Shown one piece after another: positions 46,991 to 57,287 of a stretch of 64,000 nt of DNA. Position 1 is the first letter of the stretch. Every line of letters starts with the position of its first letter. This DNA comes from Nitrospirota bacterium (GTDB lineage Bacteria > Nitrospirota > UBA9217), in the NCBI GenBank assembly GCA_963796285.1, contig CAWCKW010000003.1:192001-256000 (forward strand), written 5' to 3'. The translations under genes and the position numbers were made by a program. Under the pieces are notes generated by a model that had not been told where the DNA came from, searched no databases, and saw nothing but the letters and a program-made list of their open reading frames with translations.

Positions 46991-48795
46991 ATGAGATTTT
47001 ATCAAAAAATGTTTGAAATGGTTGTGTTGTTTTTCTCAGTATCCATTTTACTCTCCTCGTGTGGAGGAGGGGGGGGGAGGCAATGACGCCGGCACATCAG
47101 CCAGGCAGGCTGTCACAGCCGTTGCAGGCACGGTAACGCTTGCCTGGGATGCTCCCACAACAAACACCGATGGAACGCCTCTTACTGACCTTGCGGGTTA
47201 CAAAATATACTATGGACCAACGTCCGGCAGCTATACGAACACTCTTGATGTCGGCAATGTGACGACGTCCGTAGTAAACAATCTCACCGATGGACTTACC
47301 TATTATTTTACGGTTTCCGCTTATAATTCCGCAGGTGTTGAAAGCAGTTTTTCAAATGAAGTCAGTAAAACGCTGCCCTCTACTCAATCAACCCTGACGA
47401 CCTTTACAATAACAGCAACGGCAGATATCGGCGGCACGATTACGCCTGCCGGCACAACAGGGGTAAACTATGGCGCGAACCAGACGTTCACCATAGCACC
47501 AGGCGCAGGCTATTATGTCGCAACGGTGCTCGTCGACGGCGTGTCAAAGGGAGCAGTCACCACGTACACCTTTACCAGCGTAACAGCGAACCACACCATA
47601 GCAGCGAGCTTCGCAATCAATAATACCTATACCATCACCGCCAGCGCGGGTACGGGCGGCGCGATCTCACCGTCTGGGGCTGTTTCGGCAAACTACGGTG
47701 GAAACGCAATCTTCTCGATAACGCCGAATGCCGGCTATAGCATAACAGATGTCAAGGTAGACGGGGTTTCCATAGGGGCCGTGACCACATACACCTTTAC
47801 GAATGTAACGGCCGCACACACCATAGCGGCGACATTCGCACAGAACCCCCCATCCACCGATCACGGCGTCGGCCGCAAATTCAGACAACAGCCTTCCAGT
47901 CCACGGCAGCATCTCTTCAGCAGGCAAGACGACAGTAAGAAAAGGGGACAGCCTGACCATCACCATAGCACCTGACCCGCAGTACGAGGTGTACAGCGTG
48001 CTTGTTGACGGCACCCAGAGAGGGGCAATAACCAGCTATACCTTTAACAACATCACACAGAGCCACACCATAACAGCATACTTCAGGCTGATAACCTATT
48101 CCGTCACGGCGACATCGGATATTCACGGGACCATCAGTCCCGCGGGTACCACCGTGTTAAGCATTGGCGCCAGCGGGACCTATGCCATCTCTCCCCTGCC
48201 GGGATATCATACTGCGAATGTTCTTGTTGATGGCGTAGCAGTCGGTGCGGTGGCCACCTACACGTTCACCGCTATAGCGGCCAACCACACCATCGCGGCA
48301 ACCTTTGCAGAGAATCCATCGTACACGATCACTGCTCCCGATGATCTTCAAGTCCTCGGGCTGCATGGCAGTATATCGCCGTCAGGCATCAGCACCGTGC
48401 TGGGCGGTACTGACAAACTGTTCACCATTGTCGCGGCTGCAGGATACCGGGTCCTCGATGTGCTTGTTGATGGTTCATCAGTCGGTGCAGTGGCCTCTTA
48501 TACCTTCAAGAATATCCAGGCAAACCACACCATCAGCTCAACCTATGTGCCGGATCTTTATACCATCACGTCCACGGCCGCCAATGCGGACAATAGTGTT
48601 CCTGCCCATGGGACCATCACCCCGCTCGGCAAAATATCGGTGAACAAGGGCGCAAGCCTTACGTTCTTAATCACACCCGACCCGGGATACCAGGTGTCGA
48701 GCGTGATCGTCAACGGTACTCAAAGGGGTGCAATAACCACCTATACGTTTGATAACATCACGGCTAATTCCACCATCGACGTGTATTTCAAATAA
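46991..48795 (+). CDS. Surface lipoprotein: fibronectin type III domain plus six InlB-B-like beta repeats; frameshifted
   Basis: ATG 46991 reads MRFYQKMFEMVVLFFSVSILLSSCGGG (lipobox), then a G9 run at 47069-47077 shifts the frame. VTLAWDAP..LAGYKIYYG..YYFTVSAYN..ES.FSNEV (FN3). Repeats xTITAxAxxGGxIxPxG...VLVDG..GAVxxYTFxxVxAxHTIxAxF. Further indels at about 47850-47980. Confidence 0.8.
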
Positions 48796-48820
48796 ACCCC
48801 TCTCGATTGCAGTTGTGGAG

Positions 48821-48851
48821 AAGGCCAGACAGATATGTCTGGCCTTTTTTT
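48821..48851 (+). terminator. Intrinsic terminator
   Basis: AAGGCCAGACA / TGTCTGGCCTT hairpin running into a T7 tract. Confidence 0.8.
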
Positions 48852-49166
48852 ATAGCATCGCCGTCGTCTGTGGAGGACGTGTCTCAATCTTCATATCGAA
48901 AAAAAATGTAGCCAAGCTGCCGCAGGCGGATGCAGGTTAAACGTCTCTCCCGCATGGAAAGCGGCAGTCATTTATGAAAGCACTGTCGGTCTTGCCGTCC
49001 TCCCGACGAAATGTTAGTATATGAACTTGTCAAAGCTGCAGTCAGAAAAGATCTCCTTCTCCCATTCGCCATAATTTAGGGGTGGACGGTCGAATGCCCT
49101 GTAGTATATTATGTGGACGAAAAGGGAGAATATATCCAACCCTTGCAAAGGCCCCGGAGGTCGTGA

Positions 49167-49991
49167 GTGTCTTTAAAAAATACAGCATGGGGATTTGCCC
49201 CCGGTAATGATGCGGGCAGGCAGATCAAATCCGCGCCACTGGTGATGAGAACACTCATGGTCGCGATCCTGCTGGCGTCCCTGGTTGTAACCTTCTGGAG
49301 AAACGCGACATATCGGACCGAAGTTTCCCTTTGGGAAGATGTTGTGGCTAAGAGCCCGGGAAAAGCCAGGCCCCACAGCAACCTGGGAGGCCCTCTCGTC
49401 GCAGCCGGCCGCTATGACGAGGCGTTACGGGAATTTTACGCCGCGCTGAATATCGACCCCGGCTACGCCGAGGCCCATTACAATCTCGGGAACACCCTTG
49501 GCAATATGGGAAGATATGAGGAGGCGGAGCGTGAACTCCGGACCGCAACGAATCTCGCACCCCGTTACTTTAAGGCATACCTCTGCCTCGGATCGATCTA
49601 TGCAAAAACGGACCGTGATGAAGAAGCGATGCGTGAATTCGATCGGGCCGGAGCGCTGAACCCGAAAGACCCCGGCACGTATTATAATCGCGGGGAACTG
49701 TACGCTCGACGGGGACGGTACGAGGACGCGATTCGCGAATATCAAGAGGCGATCCAGAGATCACCTGAGTTCGTGCAGGCCAGGAATAATCTCGGCGCAC
49801 TCTATGGAAAACTGGGGCGCTATGAATCAGCGCTTGAGGAGTTCAAGGCCGCGGTCCGCCTTAATCCCGACGATATCGGCGCGCATTACAACCTTGGGCT
49901 GATCTATGGAAAACTGGGCCGTCCCGAGGAGGGCGCCCGGGAATTCGAGGAGTTCAGGCGATTGAATGCCCTTCGGGAGCGGGTTCCGTGA
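49167..49991 (+). CDS. Membrane-anchored TPR protein (resembles the C-terminal half of TMTC-like proteins); start uncertain
   Basis: One TM, TFWRNATYRTEVSLWEDVVAKSPGKARP, then about 6 TPR units. Confidence 0.82.
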   Translation: MSLKNTAWGFAPGNDAGRQIKSAPLVMRTLMVAILLASLVVTFWRNATYRTEVSLWEDVVAKSPGKARPHSNLGGPLVAAGRYDEALREFYAALNIDPGYAEAHYNLGNTLGNMGRYEEAERELRTATNLAPRYFKAYLCLGSIYAKTDRDEEAMREFDRAGALNPKDPGTYYNRGELYARRGRYEDAIREYQEAIQRSPEFVQARNNLGALYGKLGRYESALEEFKAAVRLNPDDIGAHYNLGLIYGKLGRPEEGAREFEEFRRLNALRERVP

Positions 49992-50941
49992 AGACTGGTA
50001 CTGCGATCGAGCCGAAAAAAGCAGGCAAGGGTGAACTGGCCATCCTGTTCGTTCTGGGATGCGTCGTCCTTTTGCTCGCCGCCGCGTCATTCATGCGAAA
50101 CATGACCTGGCGCAGCGATCTCACTCTGTGGGAGGATGTGATCAGCAAAAGTCCGGACAGGACCCGGGCGCATTACGCGGTCGGACTCTTCTACCAGAAT
50201 CAGGAGAATTTCGCCGAGGCAATCAGGGAATACCAGACGGTCCTCGGTCTGGATCCCTCTTATGACAAAGCGCGCGATAATCTCGGCGTGGTCTATGGGA
50301 AGCTGGGCCGTTTTGAGGAAGCCAAAGAGGAGTTCCTGAATGTCCTTCGGCAAAATCCACGCGATGCAGCTGCGCACGGCAATCTGGGCGCTGTCTACGT
50401 AAAGCAGGGCCGTCTGGACGACGCGCTGGCGGAATATCGAAGCGTTCTTGAGTCCGACCCCGTCGATCCTGCGGCGCATTACGGGCTGGGCAACGTCTAC
50501 CAGGAAATGGGACGCATGGACGAGGCTGTCCGGGAATATCAGACAACACTGGCGCTCAAGCCCGACAATGCCGAAGCGAGAAACAACCTGGGCATGCTCT
50601 ACGGAAGCCGGGGCAACTGGACGGCAGCCATACAGGAGTTTCAGGCGGCAATACGTTATCAGCCCGATGGCACCGAGGCATACAACAATCTGGGGATTGT
50701 CTATGCAAAGCAGGGCCGGTTCGATGACGCCGTCGGTATGTTTCGGCAAGCACTCCTGCATGGGCGGGAAAGCGCTGAAATTCACAACAATATAGGCATG
50801 GTTTACCGTCTTGCGGGGCGGTATGAAGACGCCCTCACGGAGTTCCGGACTGCCCTGCGGATCGACCCCGGCCATGCGGCGGCACGCTCTTCCCTGGAAC
50901 AGTTGTCGCAGGTGTTGCGGGAGAAGAACCTCTCGCGTTAA
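49988..50941 (+). CDS. Membrane-anchored TPR protein (paralog of the previous gene)
   Basis: One TM, SFMRNMTWRSDLTLWEDVISKSPDRTRA, then about 7 TPR units; GTGA overlap with the previous gene. Confidence 0.85.
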   Translation: MKTGTAIEPKKAGKGELAILFVLGCVVLLLAAASFMRNMTWRSDLTLWEDVISKSPDRTRAHYAVGLFYQNQENFAEAIREYQTVLGLDPSYDKARDNLGVVYGKLGRFEEAKEEFLNVLRQNPRDAAAHGNLGAVYVKQGRLDDALAEYRSVLESDPVDPAAHYGLGNVYQEMGRMDEAVREYQTTLALKPDNAEARNNLGMLYGSRGNWTAAIQEFQAAIRYQPDGTEAYNNLGIVYAKQGRFDDAVGMFRQALLHGRESAEIHNNIGMVYRLAGRYEDALTEFRTALRIDPGHAAARSSLEQLSQVLREKNLSR

Positions 50942-51019
50942 TCTCGAATCGGGACTGCTTTTCTCAGAGAGAGTCTCCGCAGGCCGGCAACCTCCGGGGA
51001 GAAGAAAGGACAGGATTTC

Positions 51020-53120
51020 ATGCCCGTCATACAGCGGAGCATCCACGACCCGGAGGATCATTCCCGAACGGGATTTTTCGACAGTTATCTTTTCCCTGTT
51101 CTGCTGCTGATTATTGCGGCACTGGCCGTGTATTCCAACACGCTTCAGGTTCCGTTTCAGTTCGATGATCCCACCAATATTACGGACAACCCCCTGGTCC
51201 GGAACGTCCGTAATTTCGAAAATTGGGATGTCCTGATGCAGCCGAGGTCGCTCACCAATCTCACCCTTGCGCTGAACTTCCGGTTCAACGGTACGGCGGT
51301 TGCCGGCTATCACGTCGTCAACATCCTGATCCACCTTATCAACGCTCTGCTCGTTTACGCGCTCGTTGCGCTGCTCTTCCGGACCCCCGCATTGCTCCAG
51401 TCTTCATTGAAGAAGCACGCAGGCGTCATCGCCCTTTTTGCGGCCCTCCTCTTCGTCACTCACCCGGTCCAGACGGGCGCGGTCACCTATATCGTCCAGC
51501 GCCTGGCCTCTCTCGCGACGCTGTTCTTCCTCGCCAGCGTCTCGGCCTATCTGAACTCGCGGCTTGCCGCTGAGGACCGCCGGTCGAACAGGGTCCGGTA
51601 CTTGTGGTACGTGGTTGCTCTCGTCTCGGCGGTCCTTGCGATGAAAAGCAAGGAGACGGCGTTCACGCTTCCGATCATGCTATGTTTGTGCGAGTTCCTC
51701 TTCTTCACCGGTGGTTTGCGAAAAAGGATCGCTTTTCTGCTGCCCTTTCTCCTGACCATGCTGATCATCCCGTTCTCCCTGCTCGGGACGGGAAAGCCGC
51801 TTGGCGATATGGTGGGCGATGTGAGCAGAGTCACGCGGCTCGAAACAAACCTGCCGAGAACAGAGTATCTTTTTACCGAATTCCGGGTCATCGTCACGTA
51901 CCTGCGGTTGCTGCTGTTCCCCGTGAATCAGAATCTTGACTATGACTACCCTGTCTATCAGTCCTTTTTCGACGTCCCTGTGCTTTTATCCTTTCTTCTC
52001 CTGGCATCCATTTTCGGGTGGGCGCTCTTCCTTCTCCACCGTGACCGGCGTTCTCCTTCCGAAGGCAGGCTTGTCGCCTTCGGCATCCTCTGGTTTTTCA
52101 TCACCCTCTCCGTGGAGTCGAGCGTCATCCCCATCGCCGACGTGATCTTCGAGCACCGGCTCTATTTGCCGTCCGTGGGGTTCTTTGTCGCAGCAACTGC
52201 GCTCCTGTTCCGCGGCGTCGGGAAGCTTCGGCTCCGGCATGCGGTGACGGCGCTCATAGCCGCGCTGTCGCTGGCTGTTGTCGCCTTCGCCGGCCTCGCC
52301 TATGCCAGAAACACCGTCTGGCAGAGCGAGGTGAGTTTGTGGCAGGATGTGATCCGGAAAAGTCCGATAAAGGCGCGGCCCTATAATGGATTGGGTCTGG
52401 CCTTCTTGAATTTGCACGAGTATGACAGGGCGATCGAGTGTTTTGCCAGAGCGATCTCGCTCAATCCTTCCTATGGAACGGCGTTCAATAACATCGGGAG
52501 TGCCTTTTATCTCAGCGGGAGGTACGACCGGGCGGTTGAAGCGCACACCCGGGCCATCGCGTTGCAGCCCGAAAATGCAATCTTTCGAGACAACCGCGGT
52601 CTTGTCTTCGCAGCAATGGGCGACCATGAACGTGCAATGAATGATTACGACAAGGCAATCGCCCTGAACCCGTCTTATGCCATGCCCTATCACAACATCG
52701 GTGTCGTCCTTCACCGCCGCGGCCTGTATGGGGAAGCCATTGAGCGCTACACAAAGGCCATCACGCTGGACCCGGCCAACAGCACCTTCCGGGGCAACCG
52801 CGGCCTGGCCTATGCCGAGATCGGCGATTATGGAAAAGCCATAGCCGATTTTACGCAGGTTATTTTTTTAGATCCCGATAATGTTCAGGCCTACAGCGGA
52901 CGGGGAGAGGTGTATCTCCGGCAGCAGCGATATAGCCGAGGCGGATACGGACCTTACCGAAGCGCTGTCTCTCGATCCGGCCAGTGCCGGTCTCCTGGTG
53001 CTTCGCGGCACAGCACGCGAACGGGCTGGACAACCATCCCAGGCACGCACCGACTTCCAGGCGGCCTGCGACAGGGGTAGTGTTGAAGGATGTAACGCAT
53101 TAAAACGATTAACGCATTAA
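51020..53120 (+). CDS. TMTC-like GT-C membrane glycosyltransferase with TPR tail; indel near 52935
   Basis: FQFDD first loop, YHVVNILIHLIN, LFVTHPVQT.AV.YI.QR, MKSKE, FEHRLYLPS and RN.VWQSE.SLWQD motifs, then TPRs. The last repeat continues in ORF 52881..53120. Confidence 0.85.
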
Positions 53121-53197
53121 CATTTTTTCCCCGGTTCCCCTTCTATTTTATGTCTCCCCCCTAAGACCGCTATATCCCCAGAGTAACACCAGACGCT

Positions 53198-53211
53198 TGG
53201 TGAATTCACCA
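53198..53211. promoter_or_regulatory. Candidate enhancer (UAS) for the sigma54 activator
   Basis: Perfect 14-bp palindrome TGGTGAATTCACCA, 75 bp upstream of a -24 box, separated from it by an AT-rich spacer. Confidence 0.55.
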
Positions 53212-53286
53212 GGTAAAATAGCTGCCCGAATTCCCCAATTATTATTAAGTTGCTGTAATTAATTAATTTTTTATTTTTTTTCAAGC

Positions 53287-53302
53287 TGGCATGGCCATTG
53301 CT
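53287..53302 (+). promoter_or_regulatory. sigma54 (-24/-12) promoter of the cytochrome operon
   Basis: TGGCAT-GGCCA-TTGCT, close to the TGGCAC-N5-TTGCW consensus. Confidence 0.85.
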
Positions 53303-53391
53303 ATATAGATAAGACAGAAACAAGGAACAAAGTTGATTTACAGGTTACCTCTTTAGAATTTGTTTTCTGGAATCATCGGTTCGGGGTTGCT

Positions 53392-54355
53392 ATGAAAAAG
53401 CGCGGATACAATAATTATTCCACCTCGATCATCATTGCCGCATGCTACCTGGTTGCTTTGGGCAACTATGAACAGGCGCATGCGGTGAATGTAACCTTCA
53501 TGTACACCTTGTCCGATTTTACCGGTCCCATTATATATGACGGAGCAACGGTGTATGTCGATGGGGCCCGGAATGAAGTCTATGTCGTTTCCAAAGGCAT
53601 TGTGAAGGTTTTCAACGACAACGGTATGGAGATCTACCGATTCAACGACGGCGATGAGTTGGGCGCGATCTCTTCTCTTGATTTCGACCAGCAAGGCGAC
53701 ATCTATGCGCTTTCCTATAAGTACGGCTATCTGCAGGCATCCTACAATATCCTTCGCTGCAATTATCGCGGAGAAATACAAAGCACTATTGAAATAAAAG
53801 GGGTCCCCTCAAGCTTCAAGGACTTCATGCCGAGATACATGGCGTACCGTGACCGTAAGTTCTATCTTGCGGACCCATCAAGCCTGAGGATCGTGGTTAC
53901 GGACATGAGCGGTCAGGTCCAGAAAAGCTTCGATTTAATATCCATTCTTGAGCTCAAGGAATCGGACAGGCAAGACACCGAGATGGGTGGATTCAGCGTG
54001 GATAAGGACGGAAACATGCTGTTTACCACGCCAACACTGTTCAGCGCGTCCGTACTATCTCCGGACGGGAAAGATCGCTTCCTTCGGTCAGGCAGGAAGC
54101 ATACCGGGAAAATTCGCGAATATCTCCAGTATCATACGCGACAATCGAGGCAATATCCTGGTGGCGGACAAACTAAAAGACGTGGTGACCGTTTTTGACA
54201 AGAATTTTAATTTCCTGATGGAATTCGGTGGACGAGGAAACGCGCCGGAGAATATTGTAATCCCCATGAACATGGCCCTGGACAGCGACAACAGGCTTTT
54301 TATTACACAGTCCAGCAGCAGAGGGGTAAGCGTTTTCAGGCTGCTGTACAACTGA
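53392..54355 (+). CDS. Exported NHL-repeat beta-propeller protein; indel near 54071
   Basis: Signal peptide ending in AHA-V; blades EVYVV, DIYAL, FYLAD, SVDKDGN. After the frameshift: FGQAGSIPGKF, ILVADK, FLMEFGGRG, LFITQ...RGVSVF. Confidence 0.82.
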
Positions 54356-54486
54356 AAGCCATTAGTAGAAGAAGGAGGTGATAACCCAAAGAGAGAAGAA
54401 CGTAACCAGCAATTGCAGCAGGCAGTACGCAACAGCAAGTAGTGCAGCATCTCAAACAGGCATGCCGGTATGACCGGCACAGCCAT

Positions 54487-54569
54487 CCTCCGTAAATAGT
54501 AAACCCATCGCAAGGTGGGGACACAAAGTCGACAGATCCCGGAAACAGGACGGCCGGGTCTGCCGGAGC
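54487..54569 (+). ncRNA. GEMM-I (c-di-GMP-I class) riboswitch, A20 variant predicted to bind 3',3'-cGAMP
   Basis: P1 CTCCG/CGGAG; AATAGTAAA-CCCATC-GCAA-GGTGGG-GACACAAAG; P3 ending GGACGGCCGGGTCTGCCG. GT/AC compensatory pairs at the P2 base. About 20 nt upstream of the cytochrome ATG. Confidence 0.85.
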
Positions 54570-54590
54570 AAATTAACATGGAGGATGTAA

Positions 54591-55857
54591 ATGAAAATCG
54601 TCAAATTTAGCTTTATCCTCGTTGCTGTGCCGCCGTAGTATTCGGCCTCAGCGGCATAGCTTCGCGTTCCATACCGGCGGCGTCGCCGAATGTACTGGTT
54701 GCCACAAAATTCACGATGGTCAACAGGCGCCAACCGTTGCAGGTTGCCGGTGACGAGTTCCACCTGCCTGTCCTGCCACGCGAAATGCGGCCAAAGGCAG
54801 CTACCACATTGCCACGACATCCGCAGACCAGGCCGGCGGCCCCGGCACCTGGCCCGTTAACATACCCCGGGCGGCGACTTCGCATGGCTGAAGAAAGACT
54901 ATCTTCTTGCCGTACGCAGCGACCACAACCACGAACGATGGCTATACCCATGGCCATAACATCGTTGCGGCGACTATGGTTTTGCGCGGATCCGGTCAAC
55001 ACCACCGCTCCCGGCGGCACGTTCCCAGCCGGCAATCTCGCCTGCAACAGCTGCCATGACAACCATGGTCGTAACCGTATTAGCTCGAACATGACCGTAG
55101 CCACGGGCGGCGCGCCGATCATCGGCTCCGGTTCGTACAGCACCAGCGTCATGCCGGCAGCCGGCCAGGCAGTCGGTGTGTATCGTCTGCTCCGCGGACT
55201 CGGCGATGTCCATGCATCGGGCGATGACCTTCGCAGCGATGATCCGCCGTCGTTGCCGTTGCACCGGGCACCTACAACGCGGTCGGAAGGCACTCACTGC
55301 ATACGCGTGTTGCCTACGGCTCCGGTATGTCTGATTGGTGCGCAACCTGCCATCCTGACATGCTTACCGCTACCGCCGCCAAGCACTCGCACCCGGCAGG
55401 CGCTGACGCGTAAGTTCCGGCACGATCAGATGAACAATTACAACGCCTATAAGATGTCGGGCAACATGACCGGCGCGTCGGCGACAGCATACAACTCACT
55501 GAGTCCCGTTCGAAGAGGCGGCACGGGCGGACGGCTGAGCAATTTCATGTCACCCTTAAAGTCCATGGCCAAAGAACGATCGGCGCACCCGATGGGGCGC
55601 GGTATGACGAATTCTCAGGTCATGTGCCTCACCTGCCACGGGCGCATGCCTACAGGCATTCACCCACATGACCAGATGGTTTAACGACAGCGAGTTCATC
55701 GGTCACCAACAGCCTCTATCCGGGTACGGACAACTCGCGGAAAGAGCTACTCCCTGGCTATAATGAGCAGACTATGCCCTTTACTACGGCAGGACCGGTA
55801 ACTCAGTTTGCCACCTATCAGCGGTCTCTCTGCAACAAGTGCCACGCGAAAGACTAA
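54591..55857 (+). CDS. omcS: OmcS-family hexaheme cytochrome c, heavily frameshifted (assembly damage or pseudogene)
   Basis: GGAGG RBS and ATG 54591. Reading across frames: FHTGGVAECTGCHKIH, CLSCH, PGGDFAWLKK, GHNIVAADY, APGGTFPAGNLACNSCHD.HG, AVGVYRLL, RVAYGSGMSDWCATCH, CLTCH, YQRSLCNKCHAKD*. Six CxxCH motifs; both termini match G. sulfurreducens OmcS as I recall its sequence. Confidence 0.85.
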
Positions 55858-55877
55858 TGTTTGCTAGGTTATCAACT

Positions 55878-55914
55878 AAAGGGAGGGCCGAGAATTGCCG
55901 GCCCTCCTTTTTTT
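55878..55914 (+). terminator. Intrinsic terminator between the two cytochrome genes
   Basis: GGAGGGCCG / CGGCCCTCC stem followed by T7. Confidence 0.8.
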
Positions 55915-55998
55915 AACAACATATTGAAATTTGGCGTTGATCGTGGTAAAATATCTGCACTTTTCTCGATACATGGAACAAGCGGGTAATTCACCCTC

Positions 55999-57287
55999 AT
56001 GAAAATCATCTAAACTAATCCTGCTTTCGTTGCGCTCATGATGATTATCGGCACAAAGGACCGGATTGCGTTTGCGTTTCACGGGGGTGGCGTCGGCGCC
56101 TGCGATGCCTGCCACAGTATGCATAACGCTTCACCATCCGCCGGAGGAGCACTCTTCAAGGCCTCGGATCCCAGCTCGGTCTGCCTTAATTGCCACGAGC
56201 GGGTAGGCGACATGGGTCCCACGAACTTTCACGTAAGCACGTCGGTTGCCGATATGCCCCCTGGCTATCCGCCAAAGCAGCTCACGCCGGGCGGTGACTT
56301 TGGCTGGCTGAAAAAGAACTATTCTGGCTCCCGGGCGCCTCGCAGCTTCCGATGTACAGCTATGGCGACCGGCATGGCCACAACATTGTGGCGAACGATT
56401 ATTCCTATTTTCCCGATGCGACAAAGGTGAGCGCCCCGGAAGGGAACTATCCCGCCGCGGACCTGACGTGCATCAGCTGTCACGACCCGCACGGAACTAT
56501 CGCAGGGATTCGACAGGCGCCATCAACGCCTCAGGAGCCCAGATCATGGGATCGGGTTCCTTTGCATCCAGTCCCGATCCCCAGCCGGGGATTGCCGTAG
56601 GCGTGTACCGGCTTCTTGGGGGAAGGAATTATCAGCCGAAATCCGTGAGCGGAAACTTCGCTTTCTTGAACGACCCGCCCGCGGCCGTGGCGCCGGACAA
56701 GGCACAACAGATCGGAATCCACGGCCCAGACGCGCGTGGCCTATGGCGCGGGAATGTCCGAATGGTGCCAGAACTGCCATACGACCATGCATACGATCGC
56801 GAGCACGGCAACGCCTACGACGCCGCCGACCCATCCCGTAGGGGGCCTTGCAAAGCTGGGCTCCACGATTTCGAACAGCTACAATGCCTACATCAAGAAC
56901 GGCGATCTCACCGGCAGCATGAACACGTCGTTCCTCTCCCTCGTTCCGTTCGAGGAAGGGACCACGAATTACGCGGCGCTCAAGTCCCATGCCAAAACGG
57001 ATGACTCCTATCTTTTCGGACCCGATGCCATCTCTTCGCAGGTGATGTGTCTTACCTGCCACCGGGCCCATGCCTCGGGCTGGGACGAGGCAACTCGATG
57101 GAATGCCAATACGGACTATATTGTGTACAACGGGTTCTTTTCCCAGGACAGCCAACCATATCAGCCCTACGGCCAGGGCCGGACGGAAGCTGAGGCGCAG
57201 CAGGCCTATTACGCCATGCAGGCAACGAAATTCGCGGTAAACCAGGATACGCTCTGCCACAAATGTCATTCAGGGACGCTCCCATGA
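55999..57287 (+). CDS. Second OmcS/OmcT-family hexaheme cytochrome c; several indels
   Basis: AFA-FHGGGVGACDACHSMH, CLNCH, TPGGDFGWLKK, GHNIVANDY, CISCHDPHG, YQPKSVSG, MSEWCQNCH, LVPFEEGT, CLTCHRAHASG, CHKCH. Assembled from ORFs 56038, 56352, 56468 and 56736. Confidence 0.88.
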
